A stretch of 64,000 bases of DNA from Octopus vulgaris (Eukaryota): NCBI GenBank assembly GCA_951406725.2, contig OX597822.1, forward strand, positions 21,142,001 to 21,206,000, read 5' to 3'. Shown piece by piece: positions 47,418-61,480 of the stretch (positions are counted from its first letter, which is position 1; each line of letters opens with the position of its first letter). Under the pieces are notes generated by a model. It ran no database searches. It was not told where the DNA came from and was given only the letters and a program-made list of their open reading frames with translations. The position numbers were made by a program, and so were the translations under genes.

Positions 47418-49334
47418 CATTTATTACATGTACATATGCAAACACAGGCTCATATATCAAGTCCCTTTCATGTTTACTGTTTGATTTATACCTGATTTAA
47501 TAAAATTCCTACCATCTACAAAAATATGAAAAAAGATCCGAAAGAAATCAACTCTGAATAGGTAGTTTATCAACTGGGTTTCAATTTCTGTTTAGTTTTT
47601 CTCTTTCTGTTGTTGCTGTTGCGCATTTTAAGGTGCATTTAGCTAGATGAATATATGTACAAATATTCCAATAACAACTCTTTCTTTATGTTTTTAGTCT
47701 GTTCTGCAATCTTTGAAGTATTTTTCAATGTATACAGCCTTCCTTGACTTCACCTTAGAATTTTATAATTATATTTATTATTATTATTCTTAAATGATTA
47801 TTAAGATTGTTTCCTGTTTGTACTTTTCCTTTGCACTAATTTTTCCTTCTCTAACTGCTCTTTGGTCGGGGTCTAGTGTCAAATATCGGTATACCTTGAT
47901 TGAATGTATATTTTAAGAGTTCACATATCCTCTACTTTTCTTTTCTATAAATTCAGTGATAAGGCTGGAATTAAAGGAAAACTGCAAAACTGATCTTAGC
48001 ATGGCTGTCTGATCCATCCTACTTCAAAGAAATCACATCAATTACCCCTAATTATATTTGTGTATTATTCGTAAAAATAAATCCCTTGACTTTGAAATCT
48101 GTTGGTACATATGATTAGTTTCAGAGGAAGAATAAGAGTCATTCACTGAAGAAGGAACACACTCTCTTCATATAATTTCACACACTTTCAGTTTTATGTA
48201 TACCTTTTCTCTTCTCAGGTGCCTGTATTCACAGCTTTGTTGGCTTCAGGTGTCTTACTGAAGAACTGTTTGTTTCTGACTCTTCTTCTTAGTTTACTTC
48301 AGTCTGGGGTATAGGCTACCCACAATAGATTTGCAATCATCTCACTCTTATTCTGTTTTTACTTTCTAGTTTTACCCTTTTGTCATCCCTGTCAAGGTTT
48401 CCACTCGTAATGATTATTGATCTTCTCCTTTCCTCTTGTCTCATGGCTTCCAGATTAGTGCTTCTACTTATTCAATTGAAAATATTTCAAGAGGCTGTGG
48501 AAAATTGCACTGTGCTTAATAACTTTAACAAAGCAGAGTGCATCCTGCACTTTTTTGTTTGGTGTTTATCGATCAAAACTATGTTAATCATTGATTTTTG
48601 GTTATACATTACTTTTTAAAACTATTTAACATTTATTTTCTTCTCCACAAAAGTATATTATTATTATCAAATTTTGTTTGTATTATATACTGTAATATAA
48701 GCACCTTTTGATATGAGATTTGAACGTAATCATCAAAACATGTTTTAGTGATATAAATTATTTTATATGATAGCATGTAAACATTCCATTCCCTGAGAAA
48801 TGTCCAGTTGGCTGCAAGCAAACTATTATCATAATTATTGGCTTCTTTGTCATTGCTGTTATCTTCATTGGTATCATCATCATTGGTATCTCACCACTAC
48901 CATCATCATTGCAATTACTTATTGGTAAAAGCCTTGGCAAACATCAGACTGTTTCATGTTGTATTGGTAAATTGTGTGGTTCTATCTACCTTGTCTCTTA
49001 TGAGATTGAATCAATTAACAATATCCAATCAGTAAATGCTGCAGATAATTTTTAGTTAGAAGACAAAGGGCAGTGCCATCACCTTCTTCAGTCTCTAAAA
49101 TCAGTAGGAAGAAGAACGTTATCCCTTAACTGGGTACTTGGTCTGAAAACTTGCAACAGAGTAAACTCTGTTAAAGGTACCCAAAACCTACAGTGGTGCT
49201 AAACTGGGCAACAGTTTAAGTCTACCACCAAAGAACTGGAATGGTTCCGTTGACAGAATTCCATGAAGTTTCCATCAACTAAATTTCAATTACAAAGTTA
49301 TGGTTAACTCATACCTCTTGGAGTAAACAATGCC

Positions 49335-49569
49335 TATTTCTTTACTACCCACAAGGGACTAAACATAAAGAGGACAAACAAGGACAGACAAACGGATTAA
49401 GTCAATTATATCGACCCCAGTGCATAACTGGTACTTATTTAATTGACCCCGAAAGGATGAAAGGCAAAGTCAACCTAGGTGGAATTTGAACTCAGAACAT
49501 AGCGACAGATGAAATACCGCTAAACATTTTGCCCGGCCTGCTAACATTTCTGCCAGCTCGCCGCCTTTA
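49335..49569 (-). mobile_element. Nin-domain SINE, full length, with 20-bp TSD, nested in an older degenerate SINE
   Basis: TSD CTCTTGGAGTAAACAATRCC at 49315-49334 and 49570-49589; the minus strand has GCCTTTCATCCTTTCGGGGTCAATTAAATAAGTACCAG. Confidence 0.9.
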
Positions 49570-50007
49570 CTCTTGGAGTAAACAATACCATTCAGCAAGA
49601 TTGAACCTGACGAACAATGTAGTTGTGAACTACTTAACCATATCGCTTGCCCAGGAAGAACAAAAGATAGGAAATTAAGTCTTGATAGGTTCCTATTGAT
49701 TATTAGGTGGTTAATGTTTAGTTTGAAACATTGTATGATATTTGGTATGAAATCATAGCAAAGATGGCTTCAACATACAAAACCTTGAAATGTTCTGACA
49801 ACATTTGGTATGTAGTATAAAAAAGGGTGGAGGGTGGCAGAAACAGTGTAATGCATGATTAAATTTCTTGTATCTAAGTCACTTTGTGATGAAGTAACAA
49901 GCATGTAGTGGGGATATTTAGTTTCTATTTATTCAACAATTCAGCTCTACTTAAAGTGTATGGCCTTATGACAATGCAAGAAATTATCAACCCTCTTTTA
50001 CACCCTA

Positions 50008-50323
50008 ACTTGTTTCAGTCATTTGACTGTGGCCATGCTGGAGCACTGCCTTTAGTCGAGCAAATCAGCCGCTTTTGCCAAACCGCTAAGTGGCGGGGAC
50101 GTAAACACACCAGTATCGGTTGTCAAGTAATGTTGGGGGTACAAACACAGACACACAAACTTATACACACATACATATATATACATATATACGACGGGCT
50201 TCTTTCAGTTTCCACCTACCAAATACACTAGAAGACAGTTGCCCAAGGTGCCACGCAGTGGGACTGAACCCGGAACCATGTGGTTGGTAAGCAAGCTACT
50301 TACCACACAGCCACTCCTATACC
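50008..50323 (-). mobile_element. SINE family A with two internal deletions
   Basis: Alignment by eye to 45794-46193. Confidence 0.88.
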
Positions 50324-50914
50324 TATGGGAAGAAATGAAGAGAAGTGTAGTGTTGTATAAGCTCCAGGCTTGATCAAGCTCCAGATTTGATGAAGAGGAT
50401 CTTTGACATGTAAATCCAATGTTTGAGTAATATAAGCAACAACACAAAGGTTTTCTTGTTGGCTTGCTTGTGAAATTTGGAGCTACCTGCAATAAGCTGT
50501 GCTCCTTTTATCTTCCAATGTTCTTTTATTTTGCGTTTGTTTCATTTATAAAGCAAGTCTTTTTATGGTGTGTGTATGTGTGTACATACTGCTTATGATA
50601 AAATGAAGTACATTAGCTTGTGTTCTTTATAAACTGTGACTTGCTATAGAGAAATTAAAAACCTAATTAAGATTGGTGTAATGAATTGAAGTTCATGTAT
50701 ATTTGTTAGCATGTTAACATTATTTCTTTCTATTGAATAAATATAGCATTTGTGCATTGTTTTGCATTTATTAGTTTGCCTTCTGCATCTTACTGATGTT
50801 GTTGAATTATAGAATCACAGAACTGAACATTACCACAACCGCCACTGCAGATACTGCACTGCATGCACTCAGTATGAGTAATAGCAGTGGCTTCCAAAAC
50901 AAAATATCTCAAGT

Positions 50915-51316
50915 AGGCGCAGGTGTGGCTGTGTGGTAAGTAGCTTGCTTACCAACCACAGGGTTCCAGGTTCAGTTCCACTGCCTGGGATCTTGGGCAA
51001 GTGTCTTCTACTATAGCTTCGGGCCGACCAAAGCCTTGTGAGTGGATTTAGTAGGTGGAAACTGAAAGAAGCCCATCGTATATATGTATGTATATATATA
51101 TATATATGTGTGTTTGTGTGTCTGTGTTTATATACCCAACATCACTTGACTACTGATGCTGGTGTATTTACGTCACCATAACTTAGCGGTTTAGCAAAAA
51201 AGACTGATAGAATTAGTACTAGGCTTTCAAAGAATAAGTTCTGGGGTCGACTTGTTTGACAAAAGGCGGTGCTCTAGCATGGCTGCAGTCAAATGACTGA
51301 AACAAGTAAAAGAGTA
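50915..51316 (+). mobile_element. SINE family A
   Basis: AGGCGCAGGTGTGGCTGTGTGGTAAG...GACTGAAACAAGTAAAAGAGTA. Confidence 0.9.
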
Positions 51317-51837
51317 AGTAGTAACATTAAAATACAATGCTAATTTCAGATCTAAAATTGCTGATCTAATAATAATAATAATAATCAAAAAAGGACCTAG
51401 AGAGAATTTCAAGCACAATACATTAACATCACACTTGATAGCAATATAACTCAACATCACACAACAAAGAAAACATGCAAAAGGAAAAAAACAATATTCT
51501 GGCAGATATTTGTATCTAACATCAACTACAAAACAAGGAGTTAAATATTAAAGTAATTAACATCAATGACACTAATGACTTTCACATGACATCATGTCAC
51601 AATTAGAACTTCAACATTAGGTAAACTCATCAAACACTTTTTACAAAGTCAGTCACCAAAGGTCACATGTAAATGACAAACACAAGCCATAAGGTACACA
51701 CCTTCCATTAGCATCATTATGGCACCTTTCATTCATCAGATGCCCCCCAAAAATACAGGAAATCCAAAGATGCCAAAAAGTCAGGACTTGAAAATTTTGG
51801 TGAATTAAATTTCTGTTTCAAGTTCTGAGTGCTTTAA

Positions 51838-52057
51838 CCCTTGAATATTCACATTATTCTGTCAGACATAATGCATCTGTATTCTCACTGTTTTATATTA
51901 ATCATGCATTATGTTGTAACTTTGAGATTTTGAAGAAATAGCTGATAATTTTTAGAATTATATTGTAGGGTTGGTGTGAGACGCCAGATCTGGCCAGTTT
52001 GATTATAAAACACGTAGAATATTTTGGCCAGATATAGCTACTTTAAATGCTAAAGGG
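51838..52057. mobile_element. piggyBac-type MITE (220 bp)
   Basis: TTAA|CCCTTGAATATT ... AATGCTAAAGGG|TTAA: CCC/GGG termini and TTAA target duplication. Confidence 0.8.
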
Positions 52058-52904
52058 TTAAGTATGTTTTTCCAGTGTTGTTGACTGATCATGGTAACTT
52101 TGTCAAATCTACAAAATCTGAAAAAGAGGTAGTCATAAGAATTGTGAAACCAGGCAAAAATGCAAACAAGCATCACATATCCATAAATAATCTTGATATT
52201 ACCAATTCACTCACAGCCTTTCTAAACATCACAATTATTTACCCAATGATAAAAATTCTATTGTATTATTTGACCTGCTAGAAATAGCAAGCAAATATTC
52301 CTCAAGTTACACTTCACTAGTTTACTTGAAGAAAGGGCATATATTAGACACTATAGTCCTACATATCACTAAAAAGATAGAATTGTCACCAGTGGAATGA
52401 CTTTTATCATAGATCTGGTTGATTAAAGTTGGCCAGAAGCTACAGCAACAATTTCACAAAGAATACAAGACTATCAGAATATTTCTTACACAATGCATTC
52501 TACCATCAACCTTCAGTAATGTTTCCAAATACTAAGTCTCTCTCCTCCAATGAGCAACTCCGAAAGCTAACTGTTTGGCTGATAAACTAGCTTTTACATT
52601 AAGTTTTGTATTAGCAAGCTGGAGTGATAAGGGCAGTGCCTGTAACCTTTCTTGGTTCTCTCTCACACAGCTGAGAACAATTTGATGGATATTAAGTTTA
52701 AAACATCCAAGCTTGACATCTTTATAAAACACTTGTGAGGGGATATGCCTACAAGGGAAATTCTACAAAGCTGCTTGATTTGCTGGAAACGTCAGACTAC
52801 AAACTAACTACATCCTATTGTCTTAAAGGACACACCAAATAATGTAGTCTGGATATTGCTGAAAAAATAAAAATCAAAGCAAAAGAAATGGGTTGGTCAT
52901 TGAG

Positions 52905-53100
52905 TTAATCCAAACAAGAAAGCACAAAAAAACACAACAATGCGAGGACGTGGAACAAATATAGTATTATTGGACGCTCAGGAAAGAAGGAGGGTTTAAT
53001 GTTTCGAGTGGAGCTCTTCATCAGAAACATAGGAGAAGGAAAGATCCAGAGATGAGAAGACAGAGGAAAAAAATCGCCAAAGGTACACACGAGGTCACAT
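52905..53100 (-). mobile_element. Penelope-pLTR/retrozyme-like repeat with minimal hammerhead core
   Basis: Minus strand GUUU CUGAUGA A GAGC UCC ACUC GAAA CAU U AAAC at 52994-53028; homologous to 18620-18820. Confidence 0.7.
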
Positions 53101-54984
53101 TGCTTGGCTGTTCTTGAGCATAGATCTCTTCAATCATAACTGAAACAGGATTAAACAATTATAGGTAAGACATCTAGTAAAGAACCTCTATGTGACAACT
53201 CACAGCCAAATATCCCTAAAATCACATCTCTCTCTACCTTTAAAAATATATCTAAAACTAAATTGAGAAACATTGTATTTGGTACACAATGTTATAAAAG
53301 ATAAATGCTGATAGCCAGAATACATTTGATCATAGGTCAACTCAGTTCAGGCTGACCTGGGGCTTAACAACATAGGTGGGAGAAAGACCCTGAAGGTTGT
53401 AGCTCTTTTGAAGAAAAATTGAACTAAATTTTTGCTTGGAAACTGAAAATGTGAGGTGTTGTAGGGGATGAGGGGAGAAATCTTGTTTATATGATGGGAC
53501 TGTATAAAATAGTATGTAACTCTGTTATTCAGCAGATGACAGGCTGTTGTAGTTGTGATTTGGAAGCTCACTGTATTTCATACTGTTAGATATTGGGAGG
53601 CGTTGGATTCAATTGGTTGGTGTAAGTATGCAACCATGTTTAGGAAATAGTGAAAATAATGGTTGCCGACCTGATTGAACCAAAGAAGGATGACAGTTAA
53701 CATCAACCACATTGGTGTCCCCAGTTTGGGAGAGTTGACTGATGTAAACAAAACTTTTGTTTTTAAGTGTAAGAAAAGTATTGTTGTTTAATCCCATGCT
53801 AGATCTGATTTAGTATACCACTGATTAAATGCATTCCAGCCATGACCATTCTACCTTCTTATTTATCAGAGACTATAATGTCATTCTCATTTGATATAGT
53901 AGGATGTCATTTATGAGGGGGACTTTACTGTTATATTTATCAGGTTTATTACCTCTGTAGTGGTTCATCCATTTATGTAACAAGGAGAATGTTTTAAGTT
54001 ATAATATATATATGCTAAAACACTTAAGGATGTATATATATATATATATATATATACATACGTGTGTTGGTGATCTGCCATGACTACAGATGTGTTGAAG
54101 TTCTTATTTAATTAACAAAGGATTCAATAATGATTCTGTGTTGTTAGTTATTTTGTAGATGAATTTAGCTTTTGTTTCAAGGATTTCCTTATCTAACAGA
54201 GTTTTATGCATATGTGTGAAGATAAGATTTTTTCTTGTATGTGTATATTTAACCTTATGAGAAAGTGGCAAAGATATCTGATCTACAGAAAAATTCTTTA
54301 TGAGTTTGCAAATTCCACATGGCTTCAATGGAAGCACAAAACTCTCTTGGATCTGTTTTATAATAAGTTGCATGTCACTGGGTCTTTTTTTTCTTATTTT
54401 GGTAAGAAATGTTAAGAGAAAGCCTTTTTTCTGGGATGCAGCATTATGTGCCTTTTTAATAGAATGTTTTAGGCTGACTTTGCTTTCATCCTTTCGGGGT
54501 CAATGTAATTGACTTATACCCCTCCCCTGAATTTGCTGGCCTTGTGCTAAAATTTGAAACCAATATTTGCTCACTGCTTATGTAAGGATTCAACTGCCAT
54601 TACTTAGCTACAGACATTTGCCACATTAAACTTCAGGAAGCAATTGTTACCTTAATCAACATCATCACATTGTCAATATATATTGAACTAACACAGGACC
54701 ATCTATGTGGCTGCTCATCTTGCTAGAAATAGCAGCCAAATTGCACTTACATCACTGTCTAAGGTTTTAAAGAGAGAAACTTTAGATAATGTCGTTCTAT
54801 ATATATATCACATTTAAAATAACTTTGATCATTGGTCTGCTGTACCAAGACAAACTTAGGGTTAAGCAACGGCAATTAATAACAAAAATTCTTTTTAACC
54901 AATATTTTACACAACACCCGTACAACAAAAATTACATCTAACATTAATTCCCTACAAAGTATAACCAAAGTTAAGGCAGTGAGA

Positions 54985-55170
54985 TGGGAGAATGCTTCGC
55001 AGCATTTTGTCTATCTTTATATTTTGAATTCGAATTCTGCCAAGGTTGACTTTGCCGTTCAACCTTTTGGGGTTGATAAAATGAGTATCAGTTGAGCACT
55101 GGGATTGGTGCAATTGATTTACCCCATCCCCGAAATAGCTGGCCTTGTGCCAAAATTTGAAACCAATATT
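54985..55170 (+). mobile_element. Nin-domain SINE variant with a different 3' tail
   Basis: CCTTTTGGGGTTGATAAAATGAGTATCAG...GCTGGCCTTGTGCCAAAATTTGAAACCAATATT; partial copy at 54470-54567. Confidence 0.7.
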
Positions 55171-55213
55171 ATAACGAACATTCTTATTTTCTTTCAATAA
55201 CTTGAAGAAAACA

Positions 55214-55601
55214 TAGGCACAGGAGTGGCTGTGTGGTAAGTAGCTTGCTTACCAGCCACATGGTTCTGGGTTCAGTCCCACTGCAAGTTTCTTCTATTAT
55301 AGCCTTGGGCTTACCAAAGCCTTGTAAGTGGATTTGGTAGACAGAAACTGAAAAGAAGCTTGTTGTATATATGTATATGTATATATGTGTATGTGTGTTT
55401 GTGTATCCGTGATAGTTCCCCCAACATTGCTTGACAACCGATGCTGGTGTGTTTACGTCCCTGTAACTTAGTGGTTCAGCAAAAGAGACTGATAGAATAA
55501 GTACTAGGCTTACAAAGAATAAGTCCTGGGGTTGATTTGCTCGACTAAAGGTGGTGTTCTAGCATGGCTGCAGTCAAATGACTGAAACAAGTAAAATAGT
55601 A
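55214..55601 (+). mobile_element. SINE family A
   Basis: Full-length with a small deletion; many CpG>TpG changes. Confidence 0.9.
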
Positions 55602-56259
55602 TAACCAAAAGATAATAACTATTAGTCTGTCAATAAAGGGTGGACCAAAAATGAAATAATCTTTAACAATAGCAAGTACATCATGAAGATGAACTATTTA
55701 AGCCTGAGGAGACTAATGATGGCTTGTGTCAGAAGAGAGTAACTACCCCAAGTTTGCAATGTAGAATAAATTACTTTGCTGTGAAGAAGAGATATTTCAC
55801 TTTAAAAAGGGCTCTATATTAGCAGAATGTTGTGTCCAAATCTTTAGACAGCTCCTCTTTTTCATAGCAATATAATTTCTGTTTGTGAACTTACAGATAT
55901 CAACTTCATCTATTCTAGAAATCCATTGAGCAATGTATGAATTGTTTTTCTTTAAAGATAATTTCCTTGGGAACAGTTTCCAATTGGTTTTCTTCAAGTT
56001 ATTCGCATCCTGTTTAACATTAACAAGTTATGTTTTTATCCAAGGAAAGATTGATCTGGTCATATTTCAGTCCATTCTGCTTCTGTACTGGATAGATTGA
56101 AACTTAGAATGTATACTTTACTTACTCAATATACTGATGGCTTGTAGCATTATATAATTTTGTTTACATCACTGTATACTGGCTTCAGAACTAAATTTTT
56201 ATATATATTCTTGATTTGAAACACATTGAAGTAAACAACACTCATTTCAATACTGACAT

Positions 56260-56295
<36 letters not shown>

Positions 56296-58419
56296 GTATG
56301 CACATACATTCATATATAACCATTTTCTGAATAAAAAAATTATATACACATCTGTTTATCTAAAATCAAATGGATTCTTTTATCAAAAGCAGAATTTAAG
56401 CCTCAAAATAAGTATTGAAGACATTCTGCATTGGTAATTTCTTTCATACATCTCTTTCTTTCATTGTAATATAATTTCTCTCTTTAATGTCCTTTAATAT
56501 CAGCCAATACAATCCCCAAACACTTCCGACAAATATTCTATTCAAGGAAACTTGGATAAAGTTACTTCATTTATTTATTTTGCTTGATCTTAACAATAAC
56601 ATGGAATGTTCCACAAATTACTCTTGTATTTTTTGCTTCTAGTCAGAAATGTACTGTTTGGTACTCGTACTTTCTAATCAATTTATCTGTGCATTTGGAG
56701 TTTTGCATAATTTTCACCTAGATCAACAGTGGTGAATAATATCTCCTTGATAAATAATTTGGACTTGACTTTGTCCAGGTTTCTTAAAATGTGTTGACTC
56801 TTTTACAGGGTCCAGGATAATACCTACAGTAAAAGACAAAATGAAAGCTTTTTTTTAATGACTTAATCTTGAGGAAAAGGCTATGTTATTGTCTTTGGAG
56901 CTAAGTTGTCTGAAGCTATACAATTGAAATCATTGGTATTCTTCTTGAAATGGTCACCATTATCATCATTTAACATTCATCTTCCATACTGGCATGGATT
57001 GGATTATTTAACAGGATCTGACAGATCTGGAGGCTGCATCATACTCCAGTGTCTGTTTGATATAGTTTCTATGGCTGGGTGAATTTCCTAATCAAAAGTC
57101 AATAAATGTAAGAAAAAAAGGGGGCAAGAAACATGGGTATATAGGAAGTTTCATAAGGGAGCATGTTCTGATGAAAAAGAATTGGTTTCACTTTCTTAAT
57201 GATACTTGTGAATCAGTAAGAAAACTATATTAAATTTCAAGAAAGAGCCATGTAATTGATAGCTTAAATATACTCTATGCATGGTACGTTATATTTGTCT
57301 AAAATGAATTTAAATCCAAGAAAATTCCTTTGACTTACATCTCAATGAAATACTTGTACATCTACAATGAAACTGCATTATCTCCTTACCTATTCGTACC
57401 ATATTGGAGTCTGCGGTTGTGATCTTACTGATTTTCACTTAGCTAAGATATTATAACTTAGTGAAAGTATCAGCTAATTTTTGTTATTTGCTGGTGGTTT
57501 ATAAAAAGTTACTAGTGCTACTAGAAATAGTCTAAATCTCCTGTAAGCAACACCCTACCATCTGAAAAAGGGGACAGACACATTGAATAATGTGATTTTA
57601 AATGAACAGTCTGAAGAGGAAGTGGGAAAGCTTTCAATACAAGTACATTCTATGCAACAACATTTGTTGTTTCTCCAACTTTTTGTTATCACTCAGATAC
57701 CTTTCTATGTAACTTATCCAATTTTTCATCTTTTTAAATGTATTCCTTGGTACACCATTCTTGAAAGTATTCTCTTGCTAACCACCAACAATTTAATGAA
57801 TCATTAATCACACTAACTTTCATGCAGCCAAGCCAGGTTATGGCTACTGATCATCATCTGCAGATAATTGAACAACCACTATGGCATAACTAACCCATTT
57901 TAATCTGTGATTCACTATATTTCTTTCTAGAATATTTCTGCACTTACCTACATCAAATGCTTTTCAAAACATGTTTACTCTATATCAGACACAATATAAA
58001 ATTTATTTGCTTTCCTGATGACACGCATATTGTGTCATAATTAGAAGCTCATCTGTATCTTTAAACCTCACAGAATGAGGAGATATATATTAAAATTGAT
58101 GCAAAAGAATCATGGATTGTTGTTATTGTTAAACTAAAGGATAATTCTAAGTGACTAGACCTAGATGCATAGCAATCCCTTCTCTTTCTGGTATCCTAAA
58201 TGAAATTGTCAAATGTTCTCATCGTTAAAGATAGTGATAGGATGTTCTAAAGAGATTTGGCTACTATTTTTTATAGGTCAGGTTATTACATACAGGTTCT
58301 CTCACTGTCTCACCAAATCAGAGGTAGAAACTGACAGGAAAAAAAAAGTGATATTCACAGCCTGTATAACAATTTTTCTTTTCATTTTTAAAAAAAAAAT
58401 CAGTTCATTATATAAATTA

Positions 58420-58536
58420 GCAGTTTGGCAAAAGAGACCGATAGAGTAAGTACTAGGCTTACAAAAAATTAGTCCTGAGGTTATTTGTTCGACTAAAGGT
58501 GGTGCTCCAGCATGGCCACAGTCAAATGACTGAAAA
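58420..58536 (+). mobile_element. SINE family A, 3' fragment
   Basis: GGCAAAAGAGACCGATAGAGTAAGTACTAGGCTTAC...GTCAAATGACTGAAA. Confidence 0.85.
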
Positions 58537-58744
58537 AATATATAAATTTAAATATGTAATTGAATTCTGTTTATAATATTTATATTTTTATCTTAATCTT
58601 CATTTATGTTTTTAATTTTTTCAAACTAATTTAAAATTTAACTTCACTTTCTATGGTCATTATTTTTCATTTAATAAGAAATATTCTGGAAGACAGCTTA
58701 GGCTAAGAGAATTGCTTTTTTTTTTTATTATTTAATTTATATAT

Positions 58745-59355
58745 TTAATATATATGTAAAACTCAACTTGTGTGTCTGTGTGTGTATCCGTGTATGTGTC
58801 TGTGTGTTCAACTTCCCATCACATCTCCTAGCCAACAAATCGTAGAACCACCAAAAATCGGTCACTTAAAGTTTAGGCGAATGAGAATTGAACTGCACTA
58901 TTTCTGTTCCGAAATTCATCTTGCAAGTGCAAAAATCGATAATGTGTTTGTTTAGGCCTTATCCCATGCATTGAATAGTGAACTTTACTCAGTCAGCTGT
59001 TTGATGTGAACTGTGTTCACCACACTTGCAAGCATACGTAAATTGCATGAAAAATAAAAAATCAAGAAAAGACGAATCGCCGTAAACATTGTAGAAATTT
59101 GGCAAAGAAATGAATTTTCGGGATGTAGCCTAGAGGGTTTTTCGTATTAATCGTTTGGACTTTGTGAACACATACCAATTGTTTTCAAAACATTTTTAAC
59201 GCTTTGAATTAAATGTGACCATTTTGCGTTGAGTCTGCAGTTTGAATCACTTTAACCAAATTTTAGCTGGCTGGATTTTTGATCATCACGATACATTGCC
59301 AGCGACTCCCTGAAACTCTCCCCTGAAATCCCCGTTGAGCTGGGCAATACTGCTA

Positions 59356-59356
<1 letters not shown>
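58745..59356 (+). mobile_element. Non-autonomous Helitron (~610 bp)
   Basis: 5' TATATATGTAAAACTCAAC followed by (TGTC/TG)n; 3' CCCGTTGAGCTGGG hairpin, short spacer, CTAG|T terminus. Confidence 0.7.
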
Positions 59357-59389
<33 letters not shown>

Positions 59390-59426
59390 ATGTTTACATG
59401 CACATATAAATGTATGTATGCATATA

Positions 59427-59457
<31 letters not shown>

Positions 59458-59493
59458 GTATATGCATACACATACACATATATATGTATATAC

Positions 59494-59570
<77 letters not shown>

Positions 59571-59590
59571 ATTTGTACATGTATATATGT
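59357..59590. repeat. (TA)n/(CATA)n microsatellite
   Basis: Direct observation; similar tracts at 17395-17627, 19035-19235, 60108-60320 and 63821-64000. Confidence 0.95.
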
Positions 59591-59597
59591 AATAAGT

Positions 59598-60107
59598 GGA
59601 GGCGCAATGGCCCGGTGGTTAGGGCAGCGGACTCGCGGTCGTAGGATCGCGGTTTCGATTCCCAGACCGGGCATTGTTAGTGTTTATTGAGCGAAAACAC
59701 CTAAAGCTCCACGAGGCTCCGGCAGGGGGTGGTGGGGAACCCTACTGTACTCTTTCCCCACAACTTCCTCTCACTCTTTCTTCCTGTTTCTGTTGTACCT
59801 GTATTTCAAAGGGGCCAGCCTTGTCACACTCTGTGTCACGCTGAGTCTCCTTGAGAACTACGTTAAGGGTACACGTGTTTGTGGAGTGCTCAGCCACTTG
59901 CACGTTAATAAATGAGTTGCGACGTCACTGGTGCCAAGCTGTATCGGCCTTTGCCTTTCCCTTGGATAACATCGGTGGTGTGGAGAGGAGAGGCTGGTAT
60001 GTGTGAGCGACTGCTGGTCTTCCATAAACAACCTTGCCCACACTTGTAACTTGGAGGGTAACTTTCTAGGTGCAATCCCATGCTCATTCGTGACCGAAGG
60101 AGGTCAC
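59598..60107 (+). mobile_element. tRNA(Arg)-derived SINE (octopus OR-like) joined to the 3' module also seen at 17193
   Basis: Head GGCGCAATGGCCCGGTGGTTAGGGCAGCGGACTCGCGGTCGTAGGATCGCGGTTTCGATTCCC with A/B boxes and a TCG anticodon-like loop. Confidence 0.85.
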
Positions 60108-60131
60108 AATATATACATATATACATACTTA

Positions 60132-60169
<38 letters not shown>

Positions 60170-60667
60170 TACATACTTATGTACATATATATATACATAT
60201 ATACATACTTATGTACATATATATATAATATATATATATGTATATACATACATACATATGTATATACATATATATATATATATACACATACATACACACA
60301 CACACACACATATGCATACATTTTCCCATCACATTATCATAGACAATCAAATAAAACATCTATTTCTATCTGTCATTTGTTCTGTCTCTATCTGAAATAT
60401 TTTGGTTCTTCTTATTTCATGAAAACATTTCTCAATCTTCAGTTCCATCACAATCCACTGAACCTGCAATAATTCAAATGGAATATTAACCCAACTAATC
60501 CTTCCTGGCATTTCACTCTCTCTATGACACCATGATGACTACACAGAATCAATCAGTCTATTTACACTCTATCATTTGAAAAGTAACACAGCAAAGCATG
60601 TTCTATTTACTCACCTGTAGTGCCTTCTCCTTTCGATTAGTTGTTCTCAGCTATGTTTTGTAGCTGT

Positions 60668-60977
60668 GGAGGCACATGGCCTAGTGGTTACAGCAGCGAA
60701 CTCACGGTCGAGGGATCGCCAGTTTGAATCTCAGACTGGGCGATGTGTGTGTTTATGAGCGAAATACCTAAGCTCCACGCAGCTCCTGCAGATGGTAATG
60801 TCAAACTTCTGCTGACTCTTTCGCCACAACTTTCTCTCACTCTTTCCTCCTGCATCTTGCAGCTCACCTGTGACGGACCGGTGTCCCATCCAGGTGGGGA
60901 ACCTATCCGCCAAGGAATCCGGGTAACTGGCCATTACGAGCCAGGCATGGCTCGAAAAGGAACAAACAACAACAACA
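60668..60977 (+). mobile_element. Second tRNA(Arg)-derived SINE subfamily (same head, different 3' half, (AAC)n tail)
   Basis: GGCACATGGCCTAGTGGTTACAGCAGCG...CCTAAGCTCCACG shared with 59598; the 3' part diverges. Confidence 0.8.
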
Positions 60978-61069
60978 TATTTTGTAGCTGGAAACTCTCT
61001 CACCAAGATTTGTAAATCAACATCCTCTTTCAGCCATGTGTTATAGACAAAAAAAAAATTTCATCAAAC

Positions 61070-61480
61070 AGGCATAAGAGTGGCTGTGTGGTAAGTAGAT
61101 TGCTTACGAACCACACAGTTCCGGGTTCAGTCTCACTGCGTGGCACCTTGGGCAACTGTCTTCTAATATAGCCTCGGGCTGACCAAAGCTTTTTAAGTGG
61201 ATTTGGTAGACAGAAACTGAAAGAAGCCTGTCGTATATATGTATATATATATATGTGTGTGTGTTTGTGTGTGTGTTTGTGTGTGTGTTTGTGTGTGCGT
61301 ATTTGTTGCCCCCAAAATCGCTTGACAACCGATGCTGATGTGTTTACATCCCCCGTAAAAAGAGACTGATAGAATAAGTACTAGGCTTACAAAGAATAAG
61401 TCCTGGGGGTCAATTTGTTCAACGAAAGGCGGTGTTCCAGCATGGCCACAGTCAAATGACTGAAACAAGTAAAGAGAGTA
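61070..61480 (+). mobile_element. SINE family A
   Basis: Head GAGTGGCTGTGTGGTAAGTAG, tail GACTGAAACAAGTAAAGAGAGTA. Confidence 0.9.

Larger units (their letters stand above)
52270..58290. repeat. Cluster of old dispersed-repeat copies (TGCTAGAAATAGCAGCCAAAT... family)
   Basis: Diverged copies near 52275, 52780, 53180, 53780(-), 54700, 57520 and 58130-58290(-); another near 32620. The interval also holds unrelated sequence. Confidence 0.55.

Noticed and set aside
59598-59672. tRNA-Arg gene
   Set aside because: The tRNA-like head continues into a SINE body shared with 60668; no proper acceptor stem or terminator.
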